From positions 4,032,001-4,096,000 of the forward strand of contig CAVWLP010000002.1 in assembly GCA_963755915.1 (NCBI GenBank): a stretch of 64,000 nt of DNA, given 5' to 3'. Below the pieces are notes generated by a model. The model did not search any database. It was not told the DNA's origin and saw only the letters and a list, made by a program, of their open reading frames with translations. Position 1 is the stretch's first letter; each line of letters begins with the position of its first letter. Positions 31,122-42,475 of the stretch are shown here, one piece after another. Source of the DNA: an uncultured Phycisphaerales bacterium (GTDB lineage Bacteria; Planctomycetota; Phycisphaerae; Tepidisphaerales; Tepidisphaeraceae). The position numbers and the translations under genes were made by a program.

Positions 31122-33055
31122 TCAGTTTTGGCGGGGAAGCCAGACGGTCATTTCCGATTCGCCTCGATTGTCCCAGGCGAAATAGGGGATCAGTTGAAGG
31201 TCGATTTTGCGGAAGTGATGCACAGCCGCATCGCGATAGAGCTCATCAAACCAGGGGTCGCGAGGGATGAGCGTGGCGCGGCCTTTCAGGACGGTGATTC
31301 CCGGGAGCTGGGGGTCGGTTGCCGGGACCAGATCGGCATCGGAACCGAGATGCACGTCCAGCATCCCGGCGTCGGGCGGGAGATCGATCGATTCGAGGCA
31401 ATAAACGATCGGCCCGCGCACGACGGCAAGCTGGTTGCGGGTTTCCTCGATGTAGGGATGCGATTCGACCAGGCGCACCGGCATCGGAAGATTCAACTCA
31501 ACGACGTCGTCCGTTGACCATTTGCGATTAAGGGGATGAAATGTGCCGGGGCGGATTGAATCATTGACGCGTATGCCGTTGACTGTGATGGTCGCGTTGT
31601 TTGCCCACGCGGGAATGCGAAGGTTAAGCGTAAATGATTCGGCGGGCGCGGTTTCGAACGTGAAGCGGATGCCGCCGTCCCAGGGATAGTCTGTTTGCTG
31701 CCGCAGCTTCAGCGCACCGCCTGCCAATTTAGTTTCGATGGTATTTCCACCATAGAGCGTAACCCACAGTTCGCGATCGGATTTCAGATAGGCGTAATTT
31801 GCCGACTGCGCGACGGTGCGGACGACGTTGGGCGGGCAGCAGAAGCAGGGGGGAAATTTCACACGCCGGCGATCCCAGCGGAGGTCGACCGGCATCGGGC
31901 TGAGCTGCCGAAGGGTGTTGGTATAGAAAAACTTCGTGCCGTCGAGGCTGACGCCGGCCAGGACGCTGTTGAAGAGGGTTTGTTCGACGAGGTCGGCGAA
32001 TTTCGCATCGTCGGTGATCTGCAGCATGCGCCAGCTCCACAAGACGCTGCCGATGGCGGCGCAGGTTTCGTTGTGTGCGGTCGATTGGGGGAGCTGATAA
32101 TTGCGGCCGAAGGACTGGTGGACGCGGGTGATGGTTTCCTGCGCGGCAGAGCCGTCGGGCGATGCGCCGTCGAAGAGCGCGCCGCAGCCGCCGGTGATAA
32201 AGAGCTTGTGGGAAACCAGGTCCTGCCAGGTGGCGGTTAGGACTGGCATGAGGGATGGGTCGCCGGTCTCGGCATAGATATCGGCGGCGCCGGCGTAGAG
32301 ATAGGTCGCGCGCACGGCGTGGCCGACAATTTGTTTCTGCTGTTTCAGGGGGACACGGTCCTGGTTGTCGTCGTCGCCGTTTTTAACCAGGTCGCGCATC
32401 GCCAGGAGCTTGGTTGCGAGGTGGAGATATTTCTCGTCGCGCGTGGTTCGATATAAATCGATCAGTCCCATGAGGTGGGATGGGCAGATGCCGTGCCGGG
32501 CCACTTCCGGCGTGGGGTTCTCGAAGTGAACGGCGAGAAAATCGGCGGCCTTGCGGGCGATCGAAAGCAAATTGGATTTGCCGGTGGCGGCGTGGTGTGT
32601 GCATGCGGCCGACATCAGGTGGCCCATGTTGTACATCTCGAAATCCATCGGATTGCCGAAGCGGGGGACGGTTTCGCCGGCGCTGGCGGATCTGGACGTC
32701 GGTGTGAATGTAGCCGTCGGGATCCTGCGCGGGCGAGGAGGGCGATGAGGCGATCCATTTCGCGATCGAGGGAGGAATCGCGGCTCAGGGCGAATGTCGC
32801 GGCAGCGGCCTCGAGCCATTTAAAGAAATCACCGTCGTCCCATTTGGCGCCGTGATGTTTTCCCTCGGTTGAGCCGGCGGCGACCTCGAAGTTTCCAACA
32901 AAGCGCCCGCGCTCGGTCTCCTGCATCAGGCGGCCCATGGCGGGGACCATGGCCGTTTTGCAATTCTCGAAACGATCGGCCCAGAAGCCGGTGGTCCATC
33001 GCGTTTCGCCCAGGGCGGGGGGGTGAAGGCGTCGGGGTTGGATGGGATTAGCCAT
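31122..33055 (-). CDS. GH127 hydrolase of aceric-acidase type; frameshift near 32730
   Basis: GHAVRA, NETCAAIG and CFCCPPN are GH127 motifs. ICPSH, DDNQDR and HQSFG (Gln where GH127 arabinofuranosidases have the acid/base Glu) fit the BT1003-type aceric acid hydrolases as recalled. Confidence 0.8.
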
Positions 33056-33063
33056 GTGGATAA

Positions 33064-36000
33064 TTATTGATGGACGAGCCAAAGGATGTTCATGCCGCTC
33101 GTGGGGGGTTTGAATTCTGTGCCCTGGGATTCCAACAGTTCGCCTGTGCGCGGGTTGATCCAACGCTGGACGTAGGACGATTTTCCCGCGGGCAAATCGA
33201 AGTCGATCGCGCCACGGCCGATTTTATAGATCAGGAAATTTTGATTCGAGTCGGCGAGCGCGTATTCACCGGCAGCGGGCGGCGAGATCGGGTGCATATT
33301 GGGGATGGCGGCGAGGAGCCGGGAATCCATGTGAGTGCGGATATCGGGAAGCGACCCGCCGGCCATCAGCGCGGCCCAGCCGAACTCCGCCTGGCCGTCG
33401 GCGGAATAGATGACGGCTTTGTCCGGATATTTTTCCCGATATTCACGAACGGCCCGGTAGACCTGCGCGAACGAGCTGTTCTTGTGAGGGAAAACCCGCT
33501 CGAGCTGGCGGGGCGACAGATTCAGTCCGCCGGCGGGGGCGTATGGTTTGCCGTCTACCTGATACCACCAGTAGCGAATGTCGATGACCGAGACGATCGG
33601 GGCTCGTTTCGGATCGCGCAGGATATCATCCTGCACATCCTTGGTGGCGCTCAGGCCCACGATGACCTGTTTGCCGGTGTCGTGTTCCCACTGGGCGACC
33701 GTGTCGATCCAGAACTGCATGAAAGCCAGAGGACCGGTGAACTCGGCGCCGGTAAGCTGGATCACGTTGGTGTCGTTGGCCTGTTCGTCGAGGCAATGGC
33801 GGATGTAGGCGCGATAGATTTCGCAGCGGTGGGCGTTGGTCATGTCGTAGAACTGGCCCGCCATGAAAATGCGCTTGTCGCCGGCAAACGGGGGCGGCTC
33901 GGGGAATCCCATGTCGTTGATGTTGTTGGCGCTTCGCCAGGGACAACTTGCCCAGTGGGCTCCGGCCTCGATGATGTTGTGCTGGAAAAACTGCTGATTG
34001 ATGAGCACGAGGCCCTTGCTATCGCAAAGCTGAGCGAATTGCTTGAGCCGATTGAAGTACCAGGGATTGTAGCGCGTCAAATCGTATTTGCTGAGGCCGT
34101 CCCACGCCTGGCCCTGTCCGCTGCGCAGAAATGGCAGCTCGTAGAATGGCGGCCAAACATTGCCGTTCATCCGGCGGACGCGCTCGTGATCGTCATCCCG
34201 CTCGTCGTACCAGAGGGCGTAGTGATGCTCGATGCCAATCATGTGACTCTTGGCCATGGAATCGGTGAGCTCGTCGAGATCATCGGTCAGGCCCGGGCCA
34301 TCGCGGCCGGGGACGAATCGTGTGAGGCATGGCTTATTCTTGGGAATGTCGGATGGACGAATCCCGCCGAGCCACCACTGGACTTCATCGCGCCCGCCGG
34401 CGGCGAGGTTGCCGGAAATGATGCAAAGGCCGTTTTTGATCGTAAGCGGCTGATTGATACCCTGCGGCGGTGGAGGGGCAGGGGGAATTTCGTCGATCGA
34501 CTTCGCGCCGCTTTGGTCAGAGGGGATGGGAAGGCGCTCGCTGACTTTGTCGATCCAATCGGACAACAGCGGGCCCGGTTGATTGGACTCGGCAATGAGC
34601 CACGCGGCCTCGGCGGGGGTGGGGCTGCTGGAGGCGTCGGAGGAAAACATCATTAGATCGGCGCGCTGGTCGGCGTCGGAAATCCCGCGATCGGCGAGCT
34701 GGGCGTAATAGAGACTGTACGGTTTGACGGAGGCGTTGCTGTCGGCCCAGGCGCCGTCGCCGGAGAATTCGCCCCAGCATCCGAACGCCCAGTTCTGCGC
34801 GGTCGGGGGTTTGGGACAGACCAGCAGAGAAGCATCGCACTGCCACAGGACAGAATTCGCGGCCGACCAGCCGATGAATTCGTCTTCGTATCCCCGGTTC
34901 CCGAGATTGATTGCGTTGCCGTCGATGCGAACATTGTCGAACAGGACCCCGGACGCCCAACTGTCGATCGACCCGCTATCGTCGAGCGGATTGACGGCCT
35001 CGCACTGCACGAATGCGTTGGGTCCCGCGGCGCAGCAGCCCACGGAAAAATCATGACGGCCAAATTCAGACCAGCAGGCTTTGAAGAGCGTCAGTTGGCC
35101 GGTGGTATAAAAGGTGTGGCGGCGATAGCCGGCGATTTCGGAGACCGGGGCGAGGGATCGGCAATCTTCCACAGTGATCTGGCTGGCGGTTTCGAACACC
35201 GACACCGCCGAACCGGCGAAATGCGTCGTGGTGATTCGGCGCACCCAGGCGTTACGCACGTTTTCGAGCGATACCGCGATCCAGGAATGCGCTTCGTCTT
35301 TTGGATTGGCGGGATCGCAGGCGGATTCGCACGCCAGGCTTTCGACGCCGACTTGGGAGATTTGGCCCGGCCACCGGAATTTTGCGATCGTGCCGCCGCC
35401 AAAAGCGGCATCGATGGCGGTGGTGATGGGGGCGTCGATCGTAATCTGATTTGCGGAGACGGCGACAATGGTGCGGTCCCAGGTGATGTTGCGCGTGCTC
35501 GGTTTCCAGCCCAGCCCAATGCCGCCGCCGACGTCGGCCATTGCGAGGGCTTTGATCCACTCGGCCGTGCAGGGGCGAACGATTGCGACGGGATCGCCCA
35601 CCTTGAATTGACTGGGATCGGCAACGTGGAATTGGGTTGCATTAACGGGAACGTAAGAATCGGTGATTGAAGCGGGGTGGCCTTCGATTTCCCGATCGCT
35701 CGCTCCCTTGATGGTGATGAGTGTCCGGCGGTCCACGCCAGTGGCGACCAGCAGGGTTCCTCCGTCGCCAGGGCCCTGACCGCGCAGCACAATTCCTGAT
35801 TGCAGCAGGGTAATTCCACCGGCCACCTCGAATTTCCCACTTTGAAGCAGAACGGCGCCGCGGAAACCGTCGGCGTCGGGCTTCAGCGACGCGACATAAT
35901 CGATGGCGGCCTGGATGCGCGCGGTGTTGTCGACAGCGATGGGAGTTACGATCACACGAACCGGCACGTTTGGAATCGGGACTCGGCCCTGCATGTAGCC

Positions 36001-36183
36001 CGCGTACGAAAAATCGGGAACGCGATTGCCGTGAGCGTCCTGGGTGTAGGAGAGCGCGCCGCCCTCATATTGGATGGCCGGTTCAGACTCCGGCGAAGCC
36101 GCCAGGGAAAGGGCCGACAGAATCAGAATCGCGACCATGACCAGCGAGACAAAGTGAAATCTTGAAAGGCGGTCATGCATCAT
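33064..36183 (-). CDS. Secreted protein with an N-terminal pectate-lyase-like beta-helix and a C-terminal DUF6298-like domain
   Basis: Signal peptide; PDFSYAGY, IQAAID and SGIVLRG beta-helix start; C-terminal HHYALWYDERDDDHERVRR and DGLSKYDL. Confidence 0.7.
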   Translation of the reverse strand: MMHDRLSRFHFVSLVMVAILILSALSLAASPESEPAIQYEGGALSYTQDAHGNRVPDFSYAGYMQGRVPIPNVPVRVIVTPIAVDNTARIQAAIDYVASLKPDADGFRGAVLLQSGKFEVAGGITLLQSGIVLRGQGPGDGGTLLVATGVDRRTLITIKGASDREIEGHPASITDSYVPVNATQFHVADPSQFKVGDPVAIVRPCTAEWIKALAMADVGGGIGLGWKPSTRNITWDRTIVAVSANQITIDAPITTAIDAAFGGGTIAKFRWPGQISQVGVESLACESACDPANPKDEAHSWIAVSLENVRNAWVRRITTTHFAGSAVSVFETASQITVEDCRSLAPVSEIAGYRRHTFYTTGQLTLFKACWSEFGRHDFSVGCCAAGPNAFVQCEAVNPLDDSGSIDSWASGVLFDNVRIDGNAINLGNRGYEDEFIGWSAANSVLWQCDASLLVCPKPPTAQNWAFGCWGEFSGDGAWADSNASVKPYSLYYAQLADRGISDADQRADLMMFSSDASSSPTPAEAAWLIAESNQPGPLLSDWIDKVSERLPIPSDQSGAKSIDEIPPAPPPPQGINQPLTIKNGLCIISGNLAAGGRDEVQWWLGGIRPSDIPKNKPCLTRFVPGRDGPGLTDDLDELTDSMAKSHMIGIEHHYALWYDERDDDHERVRRMNGNVWPPFYELPFLRSGQGQAWDGLSKYDLTRYNPWYFNRLKQFAQLCDSKGLVLINQQFFQHNIIEAGAHWASCPWRSANNINDMGFPEPPPFAGDKRIFMAGQFYDMTNAHRCEIYRAYIRHCLDEQANDTNVIQLTGAEFTGPLAFMQFWIDTVAQWEHDTGKQVIVGLSATKDVQDDILRDPKRAPIVSVIDIRYWWYQVDGKPYAPAGGLNLSPRQLERVFPHKNSSFAQVYRAVREYREKYPDKAVIYSADGQAEFGWAALMAGGSLPDIRTHMDSRLLAAIPNMHPISPPAAGEYALADSNQNFLIYKIGRGAIDFDLPAGKSSYVQRWINPRTGELLESQGTEFKPPTSGMNILWLVHQ

Positions 36184-36195
36184 TGTGAACTCGAC

Positions 36196-37680
36196 TCAGC
36201 TCAACGAGCGAAGCACATCCAGCGTCACAATCGGCCGAAGCTCTTGCGCATGTCCAACCGACTTACCGTCGAGAAACACCGTCAGGCCCGCTTCGCGCTT
36301 GAATTTGCTCCCATCGCGATCCCAGAGAATGGTAAGCAGCGATCCGTGATAGGGAACGTCCTGAAGGCAGAACCAATCCCACGCGTCCGCCGGCAGGAGG
36401 GGGGCGATTTCGATCTTTTCATCGCCGCGCGGCACCACCCCGACCAGCCCGGCGATTACCAGGTCGCAAAACGTGGAATGATTGTAATAACGGCTTCGTG
36501 GGTTATCTCCCTTGAGCCATCGGCCGTTGACTTCATCGAGGTATTCGCCGATGTACGGCTTGTCGTTGTCCCAGTGCTGCGATTTGACGTAGGTGTTCAT
36601 CCCCTCGAAATAGTGCCGCTTTTCGACCGGCGGATTGGGGTAATGCCGCAAAACATTCGCCAGCGCCGTCAGCGTCTGCGAGGTCGCAAACGGCCAGACC
36701 GCCCCGTCCCATTCGCAATCGCCAACCCCGTGGGAACGGAATTTTGGATGCCGGCGTTCAGCGGTGGTAATCCCCAGCGGGGCCCAGAATCCCTTCGGAT
36801 CGATAAGCTGCGCCCAGGCACCTTCATACCCGGCGTCGGGAAGGCGGAAATACCAGGGGATAAAGCCTATTTCCTCTCGCGCATCGCACAGTCCATCGAC
36901 GTGCGTCTGGGCCTTGAAGAATGGCGCGGAGGGGTCCCAGAGCTTTTCAAGCACGAGCGATTTGAGCCGGGCCGCTTTTCCCAGGTGCGTTGTTTCTACA
37001 TCGGCTCGGCCGATGTGCCGCGCGATTGCGGCGATCGCGGTGGCGTTGGCAAACATGTAGCTGTTGATGGTGGGCCGCGCGTTCTTGTCGGTACGCGACC
37101 CGCTGATCGACTCCTCCATGCCGTCGCGAACGTCGAACTGCCAGAAAAGACCGCTGGGCAGAAGCTTTTCGTCTTCCCATTTCCCGTAATCGGCGATCAG
37201 ATCGTCAAAGAGGTCGAGCATCTGATGATGATCGCCGGTGACCAGGAACCGCTCGTACACGGCCGAGGCGATCCAACTGCTGTAATTGTGGAATTTGGGC
37301 TCGGGCTTGCCGCCGTCGCCGCGGAACCAGAATCGAACGTATTCGTCCAGATATTGCGGATTGCGAATCCACCGTCCTTCAGCGATGTGATGTCCGAGCG
37401 CGCAGCTAATGGAGTTATAAGCGCCGGCGTGTTTGACCGGCGTGAGGAACTCGGTGACGATTATTCCCGCCGGGGTTTGGGCGATATGCTTGCGATAGGT
37501 CCACCAGCGAAAATAATACATCTGCTCCATCGCCGGGTCCGGGCACGTAAAGAGCGGAATGCGTTCTTTCATCCAATCCCAGGACTGGCTGTTTGGGATC
37601 AGATTGACGACGGTCTCCGGCTCCATCGTGTTGAAGTAGTCGACGTGGTGCTTGAAATTGTCGGCGTCGAGGATTGGCAT
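36196..37680 (-). CDS. (alpha/alpha)6 glycoside hydrolase, GH142-like / MGH1-like (beta-L-arabinofuranosidase)
   Basis: HHVDYFNTME...IPLFTCP...YYFRWW, CALGHHI, DGMEESISG, RPTINSY and YNHSTF resemble the recalled C-terminal domain of BT1020. Confidence 0.7.
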   Translation of the reverse strand: MPILDADNFKHHVDYFNTMEPETVVNLIPNSQSWDWMKERIPLFTCPDPAMEQMYYFRWWTYRKHIAQTPAGIIVTEFLTPVKHAGAYNSISCALGHHIAEGRWIRNPQYLDEYVRFWFRGDGGKPEPKFHNYSSWIASAVYERFLVTGDHHQMLDLFDDLIADYGKWEDEKLLPSGLFWQFDVRDGMEESISGSRTDKNARPTINSYMFANATAIAAIARHIGRADVETTHLGKAARLKSLVLEKLWDPSAPFFKAQTHVDGLCDAREEIGFIPWYFRLPDAGYEGAWAQLIDPKGFWAPLGITTAERRHPKFRSHGVGDCEWDGAVWPFATSQTLTALANVLRHYPNPPVEKRHYFEGMNTYVKSQHWDNDKPYIGEYLDEVNGRWLKGDNPRSRYYNHSTFCDLVIAGLVGVVPRGDEKIEIAPLLPADAWDWFCLQDVPYHGSLLTILWDRDGSKFKREAGLTVFLDGKSVGHAQELRPIVTLDVLRSLS

Positions 37681-37683
37681 CGC

Positions 37684-40399
37684 TTACTTCTCCATCGTCA
37701 GGTGGGCGTCGCGCGGGGTAATCTCGACCGACCGGAGAATTACCCCCAGCACGATGAAGCTCCCGGAGCCGTGCACTTCGAGTTTATGCTGTCCCGCGCC
37801 GTAATACTGCGTGTAAACATCGACGGCCGGCAGGCCGGGAATGGCGACGGCATTGCGAATGAGCGGCGCTGTGCTGCCACGCTCCGCCGCCAGGGCGTCG
37901 GTTTCCAGTTGCGGCGGCTGGAGCCACTTTTTGTCCTCGGAATTGAAATACCCGATCAACACCTGAACCGGCTGTGACGTGGAAAACTCGATCGGTTGGT
38001 AATTGCCGGTTCTAGTTTCCTTCTCAGAGATACGGATTCCCACAAGGCCGCGCAATTCGGGCGCAACCGACATGATAACGTCAGCCCGATCCGAAAAAAC
38101 CGCGGCCCCCACGCGCACCGTAAAAGTGTCTTCGTTCTTGCCGATCAATTCAAAAGCCGCGGGCGGCAGGGGCTTGATCGAAGCTTCGTCAACGGTCTGC
38201 GACGTCCCATGTTGAATCTCATCGACGCGCCGGCGGAATTCGATCAGCTCATTTTCGTAAAGCGGCAGTAGCTGGCCCCAGAGATAATTCGCCGGTTTGC
38301 GAAAGATCGCGCCGGGTACCGGAATCTGCCGCTGGCTCGTCTGCATGGCGTTGGCGAATTGGTAATGTGCGTCGGCCAGCCTGGCCAGCGTGCGATAGTA
38401 TTCCAGACTTTGGGCCAGAAATTCTGATGCCTTGACCATGTCGCCGGGATCATTGCTGCATTGATAGCGAAGAACCAGCAGCGCGGCATTGGCCTTGCGC
38501 AATACGACTGCGACATCGCGCGGATGCAGTAAATGTCGTTGCGCAGGCGATCGAATTCCGGCTTGTTTGCGGTGACGGACGGCGCGGCAGCATCGATCTC
38601 ATCGACGGCCTTCTTTGAGAAATCGAGCACCTCCGAAATAATCTGCGGAGGCGTTTCGCCGACGTGCGGCTGGTGTTTCCATTCCCGATCGGCGTATTCG
38701 TCCAAGCGCTCTCCGGGCGGAGACTGCGATAACCACAACTCCTCAAATGCGTGGTAGTCGCCTGGATTCACCAGTTCGTCGAGGGTCATTCCCAACGACA
38801 GCGTCTGGCGATTGCCTTCGGTGATTCCGAAGCGGCGGATGAGGCGCAGGCGCATTCTCCCGAGTCGTTGTAAGCGGCAAGAATGTCCTCGGCAGCGCCG
38901 GGACCGTACATCGACGCCAGCCGCGAAACCCAGTATGCGTGATCGGTCGCTTCGTCGATATCCGGGTTCCAGGAATAACGTGCCCAGCTTTCGAACCAGA
39001 TCCAATCCCGATCCCACTGTCTCAGCGGAGGATCGGCGATGTCGGGAGAATCCGGCCAGTTCCAGTAGGAAAGGGGATAAAGATGCACTCCCCGGGCGCC
39101 AAGCCGGTCGCGTGCGGCGATGACGCATTGTTTGATGAATCGCTGATCGCCGTAGCGGAAGGGCTCGAGGTTGGCCAGGATATGAACATTAACAATGTGG
39201 GTAGAAACGAGCTTGCTCATTGCCAAATGAAGCGCCTGGCGAACGCCCCGCGGCTCGGAAGTCGTCAGCGATTCGCCGTTGTATTTTTCCAACGTATAAA
39301 TGTTGTGGTAGACCTTGAGGGCGGCGGGAATGACAATTCGCGGATCGGTTGCGTGGGCGCGGATGATGACCGGCGGCTCATTGGTCAGATGGGCCTGGGC
39401 CATTCCGTCTTTAATGCCGGGCAGGATTACCTGGGTGCACCACCGGACCTGATTGTCGATCCCCTGCAGCGCTTCTCCCAGGCAGAACATCAGTCCAACG
39501 CCGGGATACTGCCGGACGAATTCGGCGATCGATTTGCGGGTGTAGTCCGCCACCAGCGGGGTTGGCGTCGAGAGCTGCGTGTCGATGCCGTTGTGCTCGG
39601 CGAAAGGCTTCGAGACCAGGATGTTATAGAAGCACTGAATGACCCAGATGCCCCGCCGGTCGGCTTCCTTGACGATAAACCGAAACATCTCGACGTTGCG
39701 CTGGAAGGTTTCTTCCGGCACTTCAAGCCCGTAGGGGTAATCCTTCAGCTTAACCAGCGATGCGAAGGGATGGCCGCTCCATAGATAGAGCGTGTTCATC
39801 CGATTCTTCACCATAAAATCGAGATACTGCTGCCAGAACTGCTTGTCGTAGAAGAACGGGAAGAGGGCGGGCGTATACGGATATTCGTAGGCATGGCGAC
39901 CTGGCAGGATAAATGTTTTCTGCATGCCGATGCAGGCTCCCCGCAGCTTGAACGCGGGTGCGTCAATAAAATTGAGGTGGTCGGGCAGCCCCTTGGCGTT
40001 TTCAACGCGATCCGCCAATTCGAGGCATCCGTAAAGCTCCCCCGAGTCGTCCGCCCCGACCACGGCAATCTGATTCGCGCTGGTGGTAGCGAGGAGAAAC
40101 CCCTCGCTCTTTAGCGCAGTGGGATTCACGCTGAGGCTCTTGGAGAGGACAAGGGATTCGATGGATGGCGAGTGAAGCGTGCCGACGATAATTTTCGATA
40201 ACTCCGGATCGCCGTCGCGCACCACCGAGCCCTGAAGTCCAATGGAGTCAATCGCATCCACCAAACGCGAGGCGCCAAATTCCACGCGCGAGGCCGCGTC
40301 CTGATCGATGTGAATCGCAATTGATTCTCCCCAGGAGACCCGCGCGATCAGGCAAAAGCAGACAAAAACCGGCGGCAGTGCGAAGGCCCATCGACGCAT
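37684..40399 (-). CDS. GH138-like alpha-galacturonidase with signal peptide; frameshifts near 38850 and 38500
   Basis: GH20/GH67-like N-domain (EGFLL...VVGADDSGELYG). LRGACIGMQK...YEYPYTP..FPFFYDK and NVHILANLEPFRY resemble BT0997 as recalled. Spans ORFs 38786-40435, 38244-39128 and 37684-38502. Confidence 0.7.
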
Positions 40400-40424
40400 T
40401 GTCCCCGGCTGCGCCGAGTCGGCA

Positions 40425-41966
40425 TTAATCGCCATGGTTGCGAACTTCCTGCTGCGCCGTCGCCGGAATTCCGCCCACGCGCTTGATCCGCAGCGCGATA
40501 TATGGTTTGCCGGGCAATTTCACGGTCTTTTGCGCCTCCGCACGGTATCGATACGTGCTGTCCGCCACGATCTTAAAGGTTTCCTCAACCGGGGTCACGC
40601 TCATGTTCCAGGTGTCGATGATTTCGGCCTTGAATTCCATGCCGGCCGCCAAACGATCGCGCGGAAGCTCGAAAACAAACTCCGTGGGACTCTGCTTTCC
40701 AAAATAGATCAGATAATATTCGCCCGCCTTTCCGGCGGTTTGCAAATCCTGCCATTTGTCGATCGGCTCGATCCCCTCGCGGGGAGCGGAATCCAGAATC
40801 TGCCTGAGAAAGGCCAGTCGGCTGGGGCTTTGCCCGTGCAGCGTTCCGCCTCGAGCCCACCACATGATGTCTTTGGGATGCAAATAAGTTTCCCCGTGAC
40901 CAACGTAAGTGCCCGCGATAATCCCTTGCCAGAAACGATAAACCATTTCCTCCGCGGAGATATCTCCCCAGCGCTGCGGCAGGTTCCCCTCGTATTTCAC
41001 TTCATCGAAAATGATCGGTTTGTTATAGACGTCGCGGTAAATACCGGCACGGCCGAAATCCTGAACGGCCGATCCGTTCTGGATGCTGGCGTGAGTGACC
41101 CACGGCTTGTTGTGATCGTAGATCCCCTTGCCGTTATGGATCGATCGCAGCCGTCCGTACGGGTCGGTTTTCTGCACGATCTGGAAATAGCGGTCCCAGT
41201 CGGAGACCGTCTTTTCTTTTATGAAGTCGAATTCGTTGGCCATTGACCACCAGACGTTGGAGAACGCCGCCAGCCGCGCGACCACGTACTTGATATAGCG
41301 CTCGTTGGCGCCTTCGTCCATGCGGTCAAAGCCCCAGTGTCCCTCGTCGTAGGGATGGAAGAGAATCACATCCGCCTGAATGCCCAAATCGCGCAACTGT
41401 TGAATGCGCTTTTCCTGATGTTGAAAGAATTTCGGATTGAACCGCGTGAAGTCCCACCTGTTGGGCGGCGTTCCTTCAAATGGATAAAGCGACGGCTCGC
41501 TTCCGTTGTAGGCATACCGCTTCGGGAAAACGCACATTCGAATCTTGTTAAAGGGAGAATTTGCCAGGGCCGCGAGCGTCTGCTCTTCGATGGCTTCGCC
41601 CTGGTGGGTCCATGCGTAGCACGTCGTGCCGATCTGGTAGTACGGCGTGCCGTCGGCATAGGCGAAATGAAACGTGTTGTGAACGCGCACGGGTCCATGG
41701 TTCTGCGGCCCCGCTGCCGCGCATTCAAACCCCCCCGTCTTTCCGTCGAGCGCCGGAGAATTGCTTTGCGTCCGGTAACGCCACTGCCCGATGGCGTCCG
41801 GCATGAAACGAATCCGGTACGTCCCCTCGCCGTCATAGAACCCGCCCACGCTGAATTTCCGGTCGCCTTGAGAAAACTCGGCGGAAACGTCAACGTCAAG
41901 GAACGGCCTGCCGTTCGACGGTCCTTCCAGCGCAGCTTCGAAAACGTCCCACTGTTTAACCAACAC
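40425..41966 (-). CDS. DUF5060 + DUF4038 (apiosidase-like, GH140-related) + DUF5605 protein
   Basis: GFYDGEGTYRIRFMP, YADGTPY..GTTCYAW, FNKIRMCVFPK, WWSMANEFD, DEVKYEG, GHGET. Confidence 0.75.
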   Translation of the reverse strand: MLVKQWDVFEAALEGPSNGRPFLDVDVSAEFSQGDRKFSVGGFYDGEGTYRIRFMPDAIGQWRYRTQSNSPALDGKTGGFECAAAGPQNHGPVRVHNTFHFAYADGTPYYQIGTTCYAWTHQGEAIEEQTLAALANSPFNKIRMCVFPKRYAYNGSEPSLYPFEGTPPNRWDFTRFNPKFFQHQEKRIQQLRDLGIQADVILFHPYDEGHWGFDRMDEGANERYIKYVVARLAAFSNVWWSMANEFDFIKEKTVSDWDRYFQIVQKTDPYGRLRSIHNGKGIYDHNKPWVTHASIQNGSAVQDFGRAGIYRDVYNKPIIFDEVKYEGNLPQRWGDISAEEMVYRFWQGIIAGTYVGHGETYLHPKDIMWWARGGTLHGQSPSRLAFLRQILDSAPREGIEPIDKWQDLQTAGKAGEYYLIYFGKQSPTEFVFELPRDRLAAGMEFKAEIIDTWNMSVTPVEETFKIVADSTYRYRAEAQKTVKLPGKPYIALRIKRVGGIPATAQQEVRNHGD

Positions 41967-42475
41967 GTTGTTCCTCTGTGGAGTGCGTTACTTGCCTTCT
42001 AAATGCGTGAAGCGAAACAGGCAGGGTATGCCTCGACGCTGCCAGCGGTGACCGAACACGCGACACCAAGCTTACTGACAATTATGACACAAATTCTGAC
42101 CCAATTCGATTGAAATTTGGAGGCCGGGAAAAATTGCAATCAACGATTCCACGGCGTCGATGTGCGCAGATGTGAAATTAGCGGGGATTTTCCGTCATCG
42201 TGCGGCCCAGGTTGCGGTAGGCGCTGAATTTTTGGCGCAAAAAACAGAACGGAATGGTTGCGGCGCCGGATTAAAACTCCGCTTGTTTGTGCAAAAAATG
42301 CGTGCGGAGCGTTAGTCCGAAGGCAGTTCGCAATACTCGCCAGCAACGCGTCGGCCGTCGCGGCGATGTACGGGTGTATAATAGAATCGCCATTTTCGCT
42401 TGACTGGGGGCGCGCCAATGCCGGTCAATGATGTCGCACTGCGCGACCACGCTGGTTGCTGGTAAAATCTTTCGC

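Noticed and set aside
36175-37977. Long antisense ORFs (600 aa here; also 5268-6644, 33067-34656, 54917-56680)
   Set aside because: Shadow frames of real genes in high-GC DNA, with no recognisable motifs.
41967-42475. dif site or ncRNA at the skew transition
   Set aside because: No convincing XerC/XerD 28-mer or recognisable RNA family by eye; a covariance-model or dif search would be needed.
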